In this document: positions 9,086 through 19,162 of the stretch, in pieces
Layout: each line of letters opens with the position of its first letter
Position numbering within the stretch: position 1 is the first letter of the stretch
Virus record (IMG/VR): IMGVR_UViG_3300028275_000007
Source: a virus
Taxonomy: Duplodnaviria > Caudoviricetes
Reading direction: 5' to 3' (one strand)
Length of the DNA stretch: 64,000 nucleotides
Notes under the pieces: model-generated
What the model saw: the letters and a program-made list of their open reading frames with translations, nothing else
Database searches by the model: none
What the model was told of the DNA's origin: nothing
Position numbers and translations under genes: made by a program

Positions 9086-9673
9086 ATGAAAGACAAAGTA
9101 ATACTCACTGACGCCGATGGCGTTCTACTAGATTGGGAATGGGCATTTGATGTTTGGATGCAGGAACACGGATTCAAACGTCAAGAAGGTAGCCAATTTG
9201 TTTATAGCATTGGTAAACGCTACGGTATTGATATGGAGCAGGGCAAGAAGCTGATTAAGATTTTTAATGAATCTGCTCATATGGGATTTTTACCTGCCCT
9301 ACGTGATGCTCAACATTATGTAAAACGCTTACACGAAGAACACGGTTATGTATTCCATTGTATCACTAGCCTAAGCAAAGATCGTAACGCTCAAAAACTA
9401 CGTAAGATGAATATGCGTAAGTTGTTTGGTGAAACTGCATTTGATAAGTTTATTATCCTAGACACAGGTGCAGACAAAGACGAAGTGTTAGAACAATATC
9501 GTGGGACAGGCTGCTGGTGGATTGAAGATAAAATCACCAATGCCGTCGCTGGTCATAACGTAGGACTAAAACCTCTGCTTATGGAACACGGTCACAATAT
9601 GGATTTTGAACACGCAGAAATTCCAAGAGTTCAATCCTGGAAAGACATTTACGAAATTATCGTAAACGGTTAA
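9086..9673 (+). CDS. HAD-family 5'(3')-deoxyribonucleotidase-like phosphatase
   Basis: DADGVLLDW motif I, WIEDK motif IV; sigma70 promoter TTGACA 9027 / TATAAT 9050. Confidence 0.8.
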   Translation: MKDKVILTDADGVLLDWEWAFDVWMQEHGFKRQEGSQFVYSIGKRYGIDMEQGKKLIKIFNESAHMGFLPALRDAQHYVKRLHEEHGYVFHCITSLSKDRNAQKLRKMNMRKLFGETAFDKFIILDTGADKDEVLEQYRGTGCWWIEDKITNAVAGHNVGLKPLLMEHGHNMDFEHAEIPRVQSWKDIYEIIVNG

Positions 9674-10280
9674 CAAAATCTAACAGTAACTGATAATGAG
9701 TACCTTGATGCCAATGCGGCTCAAGGTATTTTTTATCATACCACCACTGTTCGCTTTCTGGATGGCAACCTATTAGTCCGATATTCTTTTGCACAATCGC
9801 CATAGGATCACTATTGCTATAGCTAGCCACAACGTCCATATTATTCCCAACAAATGCACAACCGTCATAGAAATACATCCTTTCAAAATTGTCTAGCCAC
9901 TTCACTGGCATTGCTTTAGGGTGGGGTCTTCTAGTGCAGGTATTGGGACGTTTGATATATTGTGTAACCTCAACGTTATCTAATAAATCAAAATAGTCTG
10001 GGCCGGCCCAATACGCTCCCATACATATTCCTAAATACTTTCCGCCATTGCTAACGAAGTGTTTTACAGCATCATAATTCCATTTTACTAATGTATCAAA
10101 TCTGTCTGCATCTCCAAAGCCTCCTGGAAAGCATACACAGTCCACATCATCAAAGAAAGTGGTTTCTACTTCGTCTTTGGAGAATAATTTAAAAGAATGT
10201 TGGGGGGATAATGCTTTTATAATTCCATTAGCTGAATCAACTGCGCAAACAGGTTGATGTATGAATAAAGCAATTTTCAT
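9657..10280 (-). CDS. class I glutamine-amidotransferase-like protein (BPL_N-like)
   Basis: FPGG, GGKYLGICMGAY nucleophile elbow, HPE. Confidence 0.8.
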   Translation of the reverse strand: MKIALFIHQPVCAVDSANGIIKALSPQHSFKLFSKDEVETTFFDDVDCVCFPGGFGDADRFDTLVKWNYDAVKHFVSNGGKYLGICMGAYWAGPDYFDLLDNVEVTQYIKRPNTCTRRPHPKAMPVKWLDNFERMYFYDGCAFVGNNMDVVASYSNSDPMAIVQKNIGLIGCHPESEQWWYDKKYLEPHWHQGTHYQLLLDFVNRLR

Positions 10281-10295
10281 TGGACAAAATGTAAA

Positions 10296-10392
10296 TGCTC
10301 ACTTAGGGGACCATTCCGGGGCACGACTCCCATAATCCCCTGCCCAGCAGCCGGGCCACCCAAAGTAACGATAACGTCCTAAGGTAGGGTGT
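10296..10392 (-). ncRNA. candidate structured RNA (unassigned family)
   Basis: GC-rich intergenic island with stems CACCC/GGGTG, GCCCGG/CTGGGC, AGGGGATTAT/ATGGTCCCCT and a possible CTTA/TAAG pseudoknot. Confidence 0.55.
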
Positions 10393-10394
10393 TT

Positions 10395-11516
10395 TTAATT
10401 GCCTTCGCGATCTCTTTCGACTCTAAGTTGTTCTCTATGAATACTTGGATGTCTTTCAATAACTCTACGAATAGCATCTTCTTCGCTTTCTGCTTCAATA
10501 CGAGCTGTTCGTCCATTTTGAAGAAGTGTAACTATAAACATTCCGGGACCTTCTTCAGCTGGCTCATCTTCTTTCTTCTCTGGTTCAGATGCATATGAAT
10601 ATGGCAATCTAGATTTAATGTCTGCAATTGCTTTATCAATGTCGTAACCGTCTGGAGTTATATCTTTAGAATTCTGCTTGATTTCTTCTGCTTTAGATTT
10701 CATAGCAGCGATAATTTCTTTAAGCAATCCGGGGAATAGTTCAGCAAACTTTTCATCTCCACGGCTATAACTCAACGATTGATTACCGTTGTTCATCTGT
10801 CCTGTTGGGGCGTGCATCTGCCACTTACCGTTTACATCGTCTTGATTTTGTTTATCAACAATACTAACGATAGGACCTTCTGGAGCATAGCGTTCAAACC
10901 AACGTAGACCTGAACTAGATCCTGTACAGAAACTTGCCTGATAACCTTCGGAGTTATTGAATGTATAACAAGCACCGTAGTTGTAAGGTAATGTTACTAG
11001 GAAACGATCATTGTTGATCAATATAGATTCTTTCTTTTCACGCTTATGTTTCTCAATAACTTCAGCATCTTTAATCTTACGTAATTCGTCTCGGTATTCT
11101 CTAGTCTGTACAATTGCTTGAATCTGGCGTAGATTTTTAAAACGATTAAAATCCTGATGCGGCTCTTTGAGCTTACCGCGTATACTTAGAGCTTTCCAAG
11201 CACCTAGGGCATCCCCACCTTCACCGTTGATATCCTCATAGTCTACTACACCGTTCATATAAAGACGTGTCAACCAATCGTCAAACTTACCGTCTTGTGA
11301 AAGGTCGCCGTAGTCTGTTGAACGAAGTGATGTATCTAATAGTTCACTCCATAGTTGTAAAATTGCTTGATCGTCTGGTTTAGGACCTAACTTAGCAACC
11401 TTATCTTTTGGTAATGTGCTGTCGTGACGCATTGCAATTCCAAGCATCTTAACAGTCTTTGGATCTTTTAATTTTGCCGCAATGTTGGCTTCTAATACGA
11501 TTTGATCTAGTTTCAT
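10395..11516 (-). CDS. hypothetical late protein with capsid-targeting-like leader
   Basis: MKLDQIVLE|A; FCTG..WFERY..GPIVSIVDK..KWQMH segment. Confidence 0.7.
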   Translation of the reverse strand: MKLDQIVLEANIAAKLKDPKTVKMLGIAMRHDSTLPKDKVAKLGPKPDDQAILQLWSELLDTSLRSTDYGDLSQDGKFDDWLTRLYMNGVVDYEDINGEGGDALGAWKALSIRGKLKEPHQDFNRFKNLRQIQAIVQTREYRDELRKIKDAEVIEKHKREKKESILINNDRFLVTLPYNYGACYTFNNSEGYQASFCTGSSSGLRWFERYAPEGPIVSIVDKQNQDDVNGKWQMHAPTGQMNNGNQSLSYSRGDEKFAELFPGLLKEIIAAMKSKAEEIKQNSKDITPDGYDIDKAIADIKSRLPYSYASEPEKKEDEPAEEGPGMFIVTLLQNGRTARIEAESEEDAIRRVIERHPSIHREQLRVERDREGN

Positions 11517-12388
11517 CCTGTTATCAAAGCCCTTTTAAAGAATGAAAGAACTGCTCCAAGCTTCTTTTGATCTCCACCGGCAATGTCTTTTAATAATTGT
11601 TGTGTGCCTTCTGAACGTTGGGCACTAAATCTACTACCATAACTTTTTGTTATACTACCAGTCTGTTCTGGATAATAATGACTTGCGGCCATTAACACCG
11701 AAACGTTAATAGCATTAGTAACAAACTCTGGCGTAACATCTTCGCCTGCTTCTAATGCTTCTAATCCGCTTTGCAGTTTACTTACGTGATTAAGTTTCTT
11801 TTGTGCTTTTTCAAACGCATCGTTCTTGATCATATTGGCCACGTGACCTTTAACGTCTGCTATGGCCGCTGTGGTAGCACGAATCCACATTGGGCGAAAT
11901 TTTTTAACTAGAGTTTCTTGTGTAACTTCTTGTGTGCCGCCGGCGCCTTGTTGTGCATCTGCACGTTTGCGCTGTTTATCAGTGACTGCTCTAGTGTTCT
12001 TGCCCACATAAAACTTTTGTAGCTTACCAATTTTTGATTTTAAGAAATCTAGAATATTTCCGCCACGACCGTCTGATGTAGTGTCAATCGGGCCACCGCT
12101 ACTGGCAACTGCATCATAGGTACCGTTACGTCCGGATTTAATAGCTCCGGTACCCTTGGCTCCTTGTATAATAACCCAGGCACCTTCATAGGCATTTTTT
12201 AAATCGCTCCAAGATATTTTATCTACTGGACGATATCCAATATCGTGTGCAAGTTTTAGGTCTTTGTGTAGAGCCTGAACTACTTCTTTACCGCCAGGCT
12301 GTCCGGCAATAAGATTCATAGAAGTACTAGCTTCGTCTAAGTGTCCTTCTAAAAGTTGGGCAAATATTTGGTAAGATTCTGGTCGCAT
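11513..12388 (-). CDS. hypothetical late protein
   Basis: Likely start MRPESYQIFAQLLE, TAAATA immediately upstream. Confidence 0.7.
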   Translation of the reverse strand: MRPESYQIFAQLLEGHLDEASTSMNLIAGQPGGKEVVQALHKDLKLAHDIGYRPVDKISWSDLKNAYEGAWVIIQGAKGTGAIKSGRNGTYDAVASSGGPIDTTSDGRGGNILDFLKSKIGKLQKFYVGKNTRAVTDKQRKRADAQQGAGGTQEVTQETLVKKFRPMWIRATTAAIADVKGHVANMIKNDAFEKAQKKLNHVSKLQSGLEALEAGEDVTPEFVTNAINVSVLMAASHYYPEQTGSITKSYGSRFSAQRSEGTQQLLKDIAGGDQKKLGAVLSFFKRALITG

Positions 12389-12395
12389 AATATAT

Positions 12396-13196
12396 TTATT
12401 TGCATTTAGCTCGTTTTGCATTAGTCAAAGCACCAAAATCTACGGGCCATTCTTGCCCTGGTGCCAGCTCTTTGGCAGTACCTGGAAAACCAAATACAAC
12501 ATTTGCTTCTGCTTGAATATCGCGTATAGCAGTTCTAAATTTAGTTAGGTCGTTGCCTAGGTTGCCGTAGGGAGCACCGTGTGGAAATCTCCAACCTGCC
12601 ACAGCGCCTGTTTGTTGATCAACAACGATCTTATAGTAAGCGTGTGGAACTATAACTCCGTTACCGATGTATTTGTCACCAGCGCCATATATAGCCCCAA
12701 CGTATACGGTAAACGGGCGGTTCTGTTGAAAGGCCCACCCACGCACGGAAGTTTCCAGTAACTTCCAAATCCCACGATTTAGGCTCCCGTGTTGGGGATA
12801 CATATTCGTCATCAAAAAACTTTCGTACTCTACTTGTTGACTCCAGCTCATATCCCCGTCCGGTGCTGCATGGCCCTTGTCGTAGCCAGTCCCAGCATAG
12901 TCCGACGGGGTCGCTCCGTTTGGGACTGATTTGTCCGCAACAAAAGCATCTGTTCTAGGAAAACAACCTAGAGCATTTTGTGGCAATAATGTGTAGCTTA
13001 CATAAGCAGGAATCTTAACAGGAGCATCATAGCCTACTAGATATGCTTCTCTGCAAATAGGCTGTATCTGACGTACAGTCTGTGCCCATCCATAGGGGCT
13101 GTGTACTTTGCAGGCATCAACTGGTAGTGGAGCACGTTGTTCCCAAGCAAATGCCTGAGAAGTAAAAAGTGCTAATATAATTAAAAATTTATTCAT
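12396..13196 (-). CDS. secreted DNA/RNA non-specific endonuclease (NucA/Serratia type)
   Basis: Signal peptide MNKFLIILALFTSQAFA|W; YDKGHAAP, TNMYPQ..LNRGIWKLLE. Confidence 0.9.
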   Translation of the reverse strand: MNKFLIILALFTSQAFAWEQRAPLPVDACKVHSPYGWAQTVRQIQPICREAYLVGYDAPVKIPAYVSYTLLPQNALGCFPRTDAFVADKSVPNGATPSDYAGTGYDKGHAAPDGDMSWSQQVEYESFLMTNMYPQHGSLNRGIWKLLETSVRGWAFQQNRPFTVYVGAIYGAGDKYIGNGVIVPHAYYKIVVDQQTGAVAGWRFPHGAPYGNLGNDLTKFRTAIRDIQAEANVVFGFPGTAKELAPGQEWPVDFGALTNAKRAKCK

Positions 13197-13224
13197 TACG
13201 GTTATCCTAAAATTAACTGTGTAT

Positions 13225-13869
13225 TTATTTCCAGGATACCATCTTAAATCTTTCTTCAGGAATACCAAAATAATCGCATTTCCAACGGCTTTGAGCAAAA
13301 AAATCTAAATGATGCCATTGTTCCTTGAGATTTAATATTTGTTTTCCTGCATCAAGCCAGTCAATGGACAACAATATAGGTTCTACGGTTTTGCGAATGC
13401 TTTCTATTTCTTCGTAGTTAAAACTATCCCATTCCCAGTGTAATATTTCAAAAACATTACCTTTAGTATCAACCCAGTCCATACTAAAATCTAATCCCCA
13501 CTTAGGGCGAAGAGATATAATTTTATAAATTAATGGCAATGATTTGGCCCAATTTTGTAGCTCTTCAAGGGCCTCTCCTGTATAGCCTTTACGTTCAAAC
13601 AACAAACTATGATTAAGTACAGGGCCCACAATAGTAGGCTCTTGTACAAACCAATCTTGTTTCAAAGCACGTATATGTTCTCTGTGCTTCTTTGGTTTAG
13701 CGTAATTACCGTAGGCAAAATGTTGTTCTAGTACAGTAAGATCGTAGCCGTTTTGATCAAACAATGCTACATCTTCTGCTGTGGGTAAAAACAATATCTT
13801 AGCAATAGGTTGATCCCAATAACCGTTTGGATCAAACTTGTTATCAGTTATAACCACGTTTGTGTTCAT
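13225..13869 (-). CDS. hypothetical protein
   Basis: Long ORF, probable start MNTNVVI. Confidence 0.7.
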   Translation of the reverse strand: MNTNVVITDNKFDPNGYWDQPIAKILFLPTAEDVALFDQNGYDLTVLEQHFAYGNYAKPKKHREHIRALKQDWFVQEPTIVGPVLNHSLLFERKGYTGEALEELQNWAKSLPLIYKIISLRPKWGLDFSMDWVDTKGNVFEILHWEWDSFNYEEIESIRKTVEPILLSIDWLDAGKQILNLKEQWHHLDFFAQSRWKCDYFGIPEERFKMVSWK

Positions 13870-13993
13870 CTTCTGCTTGACAACGATCGCAGGCACATTC
13901 TGAACAGTGATCGCAGGTTTCTTCTAAACAGCTATGTCCGCAATGTGCGGGATGTTTACAATGATTACACGTAAGTCTTTGGTATTCGCTCAT
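13844..13993 (-). CDS. metallothionein-like Cys/His-rich microprotein (not in ORF track)
   Basis: AAGGAAG RBS; MSEYQRLTCNHCKHPAHCGHSCLEETCDHCSECACDRCQAEDEHKRGYN, 9 Cys + 6 His in 49 aa. Confidence 0.7.
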   Translation of the reverse strand: MSEYQRLTCNHCKHPAHCGHSCLEETCDHCSECACDRCQAEDEHKRGYN

Positions 13994-14002
13994 AGTACTT
14001 CC

Positions 14003-15334
14003 TTAATAAATCTCTCGCCATTGAAAGCCAACTCCAACATTTGTACTTTGTGCTCCGAGATTAGTTGCCACTACTACATATATCTCGCTGTCGGAACTAT
14101 CATAGTTTTGTATAATATAATTCTTTTTGGCTGAACTAGGGATGTTTGCTGCCGGTGCTCCGCCAGCCTTTTGACTTCCTTGTGTGCTGGCTCCAACAAA
14201 TCCGTTATCAAGTTCATCGCCGTCTGTAAATGCTGTACAGGTAGCGTTGTATTGTACACCACTGTCATCATCAACATCGACCCAAGTTGAACCTGTTAAC
14301 TGTGATTGAGCTGGTAATTTAATTAAACGCCATTTAATATTCTCGCCGTCGCTGAATACATTTATATTACCTGCGCGAACTATCATACGGTTAGCATAGG
14401 TTTTAAAGGTTGTCTTTAGTCTAATGGCTAAGACTGGCAATGTAGCCCCTGAAGCTAATGCTCTTAGGCTAGGACTACTCACAGCCCAATCGGTACCTGC
14501 TTCTACATAGCCGCCTTCTGATGCCACAGTAGAGCAAATCTGATCAAAGTACGCACCTGTGGTAGTGCCTGTGTTTACAATCTCACAGCGTACAGGCAAG
14601 TTTGGTGTACTCATATAAACTGTGGTTAAACTATTTGAATGATGAAATTGATGACAGGGAATAAAGGCACCTTCGTGTACAAATCCTACAGTAACTGATC
14701 CTACACCTAGCCATTGGAATTCTATAAATGATAGTTGTGTCTTAGTAATATCTATATCAAATGTACTTCCGCCTGTTCCGTCACATTTATCAATATTCCA
14801 CTCTGATTGTGTCTTACGATTTTCTACAGGTGCGCCAGATGTGTATGTTCTTATTACCCAACTTAGTGTACCGTCTCCTGCTTGTTCAAAGTATATACCA
14901 TTGTTGTCATCAAAGTAACCTGTGCGTTTTGTAACATTAGTAGTAGCCGCATAGAAGTTAAAACTTGAAAGTATCTGCTGACTTTTGCCTGGCATATAGT
15001 GATGATAGAACTTAGTCTGATGAACAACACGACTAGCAGAGTTGCTGGTAGTTGTTAGTCTAGCACAGGCTTTGTTTGATTGAAATTCTACAGTTCCACC
15101 GTTCACTGTGTAGTCAATGAAGTTAGGATCTAGTCCGTATAAGTGTTTGTAGTCTCCTAGAGTAAATGGCTCGCTCATACGTATGCGGCCGAACGCATCT
15201 GTCTGTCCTACTTTGTTAGTGGTTCTTAGTGTAGGCTGTCCTAACTGATTGTACTCCATAACCAAGTGAAGATCAGCAAGGTTAGGTTCCCAAGGATGTT
15301 CGTAGTTAGTGCTATTAGGATTTAAGATCGGCAT
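14003..15334 (-). CDS. putative virion protein (beta-rich)
   Basis: TDAFGRIRMSEPFTL motif, T/S/G-rich composition, late-gene context. Confidence 0.55.
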   Translation of the reverse strand: MPILNPNSTNYEHPWEPNLADLHLVMEYNQLGQPTLRTTNKVGQTDAFGRIRMSEPFTLGDYKHLYGLDPNFIDYTVNGGTVEFQSNKACARLTTTSNSASRVVHQTKFYHHYMPGKSQQILSSFNFYAATTNVTKRTGYFDDNNGIYFEQAGDGTLSWVIRTYTSGAPVENRKTQSEWNIDKCDGTGGSTFDIDITKTQLSFIEFQWLGVGSVTVGFVHEGAFIPCHQFHHSNSLTTVYMSTPNLPVRCEIVNTGTTTGAYFDQICSTVASEGGYVEAGTDWAVSSPSLRALASGATLPVLAIRLKTTFKTYANRMIVRAGNINVFSDGENIKWRLIKLPAQSQLTGSTWVDVDDDSGVQYNATCTAFTDGDELDNGFVGASTQGSQKAGGAPAANIPSSAKKNYIIQNYDSSDSEIYVVVATNLGAQSTNVGVGFQWREIY

Positions 15335-15337
15335 ATG

Positions 15338-15562
15338 TTACGCCCAAGGTCTGCCAGCAATGAGCCCGCCTACGTTGGCATTATCTTCAATAGTATTATC
15401 TGCTTTATATTTTGTAGGCAATTGAGTAATGTCTGCTGTTGTATCAGAATAACGTCCCGGTTCAACTGCATTACGATCTGCTCGATCCTGTCCAGCTAAT
15501 GCTAATTTAGCTTCTTGTCTTAATTTCTTATTGGCTAGAGTTGAGATTCCGTTAGCTGACAT
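15338..15562 (-). CDS. small late protein
   Basis: MSANGISTL... coupled to neighbouring ORFs. Confidence 0.6.
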   Translation of the reverse strand: MSANGISTLANKKLRQEAKLALAGQDRADRNAVEPGRYSDTTADITQLPTKYKADNTIEDNANVGGLIAGRPWA

Positions 15563-15969
15563 TATGGTCTATCCTTGCTTGGGTAAATTCTAAATGAGTT
15601 ACCTCTAATATCTTCTGGCTCTTTCGTACCCTGCCATTGGTCGGCACCTGCATCCTTAGTAACTGCATCAATGCCAGCATATTGTTCTTGTGGCTCTGTG
15701 CTAATAGTCTGCTGATTGGCCATATCAACAATCTGCCTAAATCTTTTAATATCGTTATCAGCATACCCAGTTTCTTCTTTAGCTGGTTTGCCCTGTTTCT
15801 GCATAAATGAAACAATGCTGTCATATGCGTCCATTGTTACAGGGCCCTCTTGCGATAATTTAGTTACAATTTCTGCTACATCGTGTAGATCAGCATCCTG
15901 TTTGACATCTTCGCGAGCTAATTCTAATAATCTAATAAAAAGAGGAACGTCTAACTGTACAATATCCAT
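15562..15969 (-). CDS. hypothetical late protein
   Basis: [16 protein letters not shown] motif; TAAATA upstream. Confidence 0.65.
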   Translation of the reverse strand: MDIVQLDVPLFIRLLELAREDVKQDADLHDVAEIVTKLSQEGPVTMDAYDSIVSFMQKQGKPAKEETGYADNDIKRFRQIVDMANQQTISTEPQEQYAGIDAVTKDAGADQWQGTKEPEDIRGNSFRIYPSKDRP

Positions 15970-16011
15970 TTGATAATCTCCGATCTAATATTTAGCGTAA
16001 ATACAGTTACT

Positions 16012-17220
16012 ATGATAAACAAAGAACCCTTCAAACATTTAATAAAAGATCTAAAATCTAACGGAAAATATCGTGTGTTTAACGACATTCTTCGTGAAAA
16101 CGGCAAGTTTCCACAGGCTATTTGGTACGGACCGTATGCCATTAAAAATATAGTTAATTGGTGTTCTAATGATTATTTAGGTATGGGTCAATCTAAAGTT
16201 GTTTTAGATGCTATGCACACAGCTCTAGATATGACTGGTGCTGGTTCGGGAGGTACTCGTAATATTGGCGGCACTAGCCACTATCACGTTGCTCTAGAAC
16301 ACGAACTAGCAAAATTACATAATAAAGCCAGTGCTCTTTTGTTTAGCTCTGCGTATGTTGCCAACGAATGGACATTGATTGCTCTAAGTAAGATCATTCC
16401 TAATATACATTTTGTCAGCGACGAAAATAATCATAACAGTTTAATCATAGGTATGAGTCATAGTCGTGCTTCTAAGACTGTGTTCAAACACAACGATCTA
16501 CAACATTTAGAAGATATACTGTGTTCAGTAAAGTTAGCTGGTCAGACTCCGTGTATTGTGTTTGAAAGTGTTTACTCAATGGACGGAGATGTAGGGGAGA
16601 TAAAAGGAATCTGTGATCTAGCAGACAAGTATGAAGCAATCACTTATATTGATGAAGTACACGCGGTAGGGCTATACGGAACGCACGGTGGCGGCAAAGT
16701 TGAAGAGCTAGGCCTTGAACACCGAATTGATATAATCAATGGAACTCTAGGCAAGGCGTATGGTGTCCAAGGTGGCTATATAGCTGCCGATGCTGATGTA
16801 ATTGATGCTATTCGTTCAGTGGCAGCTGGATTTATCTTTACTACAAGTCTAAGTCCTGTTACCTGTGCAGGTGCTCTTGCTGCTGTCAAATACCTAAAAG
16901 AGCACAACGAGATTCGTGAGAAACATCAAGAACGTGCTCGCAAACTAAAACATAGATTGAACAATAACGGTATTCCAGTTATGGAATGTTCTACTACTCA
17001 CATAGTGCCGGTACTGATAGGGGAAGCTAAGAAGTGTAAGGCCATTAGCGATGACCTACTCAACGAACATAATATCTATGTGCAGCCTATTAATTATCCA
17101 ACTGTCGATGTAGGCACAGAACGACTACGGTTTGCACCTACACCGTTTCACGATGACGGAATGATTGAAGACTTAATCGCTGCTCTCAAAGAAAGTTTTA
17201 GTAAATTTGATTTGAAGTAA
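16012..17220 (+). CDS. hemA: 5-aminolevulinate synthase (PLP, Shemin C4 pathway)
   Basis: [52 protein letters not shown]. Confidence 0.92.
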   Translation: MINKEPFKHLIKDLKSNGKYRVFNDILRENGKFPQAIWYGPYAIKNIVNWCSNDYLGMGQSKVVLDAMHTALDMTGAGSGGTRNIGGTSHYHVALEHELAKLHNKASALLFSSAYVANEWTLIALSKIIPNIHFVSDENNHNSLIIGMSHSRASKTVFKHNDLQHLEDILCSVKLAGQTPCIVFESVYSMDGDVGEIKGICDLADKYEAITYIDEVHAVGLYGTHGGGKVEELGLEHRIDIINGTLGKAYGVQGGYIAADADVIDAIRSVAAGFIFTTSLSPVTCAGALAAVKYLKEHNEIREKHQERARKLKHRLNNNGIPVMECSTTHIVPVLIGEAKKCKAISDDLLNEHNIYVQPINYPTVDVGTERLRFAPTPFHDDGMIEDLIAALKESFSKFDLK

Positions 17221-18064
17221 GGAATGTAAAATACTTTTTAATTCCTTCCCAAGGTTCTAAAAACAAATCTGTCTTTACACCTGCTTGTTCCAATGCTCGA
17301 GTATCGGCCTTTGTATCTGTTTGATACTGTGCTTTTAGATCGTCGGGCATAGGAATATAAACTTTACTACCTTTAGAAGATTCGTGAATAACTATGTTTG
17401 CGATACTTTCAAAGTCAACACTTTCGCCTGTGCCTAGGTCATAGACACCCGGTTGATAATTCTGTATAAAGTGATAGATTGTACTGGCAACATCTTCTAC
17501 CCAGATAAAGTCTCTTTTAAATTGTTTGCTGTTTTCAAATATCTTTATAACTTCTTCTTTTTGAAGTTGATTGTACCAATGGTATATTGTACTGGCCATA
17601 CGGCCCTTATGATATTCGTTTGGTCCATAGACATTAAACAATCTTAGAACAACTCCGTTGATTTCATTTTCGCTTACCTGCTTGCTAAATGCATAATGAT
17701 TTAGTGGGCCGTTACCGTTACCGTAGACTGCTGCTGAACTTGTAAAGATAAACGGGATATTGTTTTCAGAACAAAAATGATTCCAACGGCGTGTGCTCAA
17801 CACGTTGGTATTATAAAGACTTTTCCAATCACGCTGTAGTGTACTAGAGTCTGCACCTATGTGTATGACTGCTTCAATCGTATCTGAGTCACTGGGCATT
17901 TCATCTGTAGAGTGTAGAGATATGTATTTTTTATTTGTTAAATTTTTATATTGATCAGCTGTTGGCAAATCGTCAAACAATACAATATCATCCCTTCCTT
18001 GTTTGTTTAGGTAACCTAATACCACACTACCGATAAATCCGCCTGCACCAGTTAATATAATCAT
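17198..18064 (-). CDS. hldD: ADP-L-glycero-D-manno-heptose 6-epimerase
   Basis: [40 protein letters not shown]. Confidence 0.9.
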   Translation of the reverse strand: MIILTGAGGFIGSVVLGYLNKQGRDDIVLFDDLPTADQYKNLTNKKYISLHSTDEMPSDSDTIEAVIHIGADSSTLQRDWKSLYNTNVLSTRRWNHFCSENNIPFIFTSSAAVYGNGNGPLNHYAFSKQVSENEINGVVLRLFNVYGPNEYHKGRMASTIYHWYNQLQKEEVIKIFENSKQFKRDFIWVEDVASTIYHFIQNYQPGVYDLGTGESVDFESIANIVIHESSKGSKVYIPMPDDLKAQYQTDTKADTRALEQAGVKTDLFLEPWEGIKKYFTFLTSNQIY

Positions 18065-18819
18065 AATATTTCTTCCATAGTAGGAGCATAGCAGCCAACG
18101 TGCTGAACTGTAACGGCAGCAGCCTGATTAGCAAAGTCCATTGCTTGTTTGATGTCTTTGGTATGTAGAAAGTTATAGACTAGTGCAGCAAGGAATGTAT
18201 CTCCTGCTCCCGTAACATCAACAACTTCAACCTTTGGTGCTTTAGAGGTATACTCGTGATGCACAGCTTCTGCACCTTTGCTGCCGCGTGTGACAATTAA
18301 CCCACTACATTCACTTTTAATTTTGCTGTGTTCTAATTCATTGATCTTAACCCACGCTCCTTGCATACGCTCTAGGTCAGTCTTCTTGGTATCGATGAAC
18401 ACAGGAATTCTAGTAGCGATAGCTTCTTCTATAACATCGTAAGTTATTGTGCCTTTATTGTAATCACTGATAACAATAGCATCGTAGACCTTAGGAATAG
18501 CTGTTTCAAACGTCAACGGGTCAGATACGATGTCATTGTCAATGCGTACAATCTGTTGTTTGCTACGAGCATCGATTAGTCTAGTCTTGGTGCTGGTTTC
18601 ACCGAACAGATAGTTTACTTCGCAGCCTAGCGACTCTAGATTGTTAAACACATTGCCTGCCATACCATCACGTTCTTCTACATAAGTAGGAACGAACACA
18701 GGTACTGGAGCTTCAGGACTTAATCGATCAATTGTACCGTACTGATAGATGTCTTTGCAATTATCGCCTATCAATAATATCTTGAATTGTTTTTGTTGTT
18801 GAGTGTTCTGTTCTGTCAT
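18061..18819 (-). CDS. hldA: D-glycero-beta-D-manno-heptose-7-P kinase (HldE N-domain, PfkB)
   Basis: RLSPEAPVPV, GMAGNV, SDYNKG, DVTGAGDTF. Confidence 0.9.
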   Translation of the reverse strand: MTEQNTQQQKQFKILLIGDNCKDIYQYGTIDRLSPEAPVPVFVPTYVEERDGMAGNVFNNLESLGCEVNYLFGETSTKTRLIDARSKQQIVRIDNDIVSDPLTFETAIPKVYDAIVISDYNKGTITYDVIEEAIATRIPVFIDTKKTDLERMQGAWVKINELEHSKIKSECSGLIVTRGSKGAEAVHHEYTSKAPKVEVVDVTGAGDTFLAALVYNFLHTKDIKQAMDFANQAAAVTVQHVGCYAPTMEEIL

Positions 18820-19162
18820 AAAACATTATATCTTTACAGTATTCTGATCCAATGATTGGTTTGTCTTTATAGTCACTGCCTTTGACCATAATATCCGGGC
18901 TATAGTTTTTAATAAGTTCTGCCAGTTCGTTGTCGGTGTCAAATATCCTAACACGGTCCACTGACTTCAAAGCAAACAACATACTAGCTCTATCGTATTC
19001 ATTATTGATTGGCCGACTTGGACCTTTGAGCCGTCGAACTCTTTGATCGCTGTCAATTAAAACATAAACATAAGCATCAGGGAAGCCCTTTGCAAATTCT
19101 AATAGTTTAATGTGTCCGATGTGTAATATATCAAAAGTTCCATTTACAATAATTTTTTTCAT
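18761..19162 (-). CDS. hldC: heptose-1-P adenylyltransferase (HldE C-domain)
   Basis: NGTFDILHIGH, SDQRVRRLKGPSRP, VKGSDY, STT. Confidence 0.9.
   Translation of the reverse strand: MKKIIVNGTFDILHIGHIKLLEFAKGFPDAYVYVLIDSDQRVRRLKGPSRPINNEYDRASMLFALKSVDRVRIFDTDNELAELIKNYSPDIMVKGSDYKDKPIIGSEYCKDIMFYDRTEHSTTKTIQDIIDRR

Noticed and set aside
10296-10392. tRNA, hammerhead, HDV-like or pistol ribozyme identity for the GC-rich element
   Set aside because: No TTC-RA T-loop or CCA end, no CTGANGA/GAAA core, and I could not build the HDV or pistol pairings cleanly; left unassigned.
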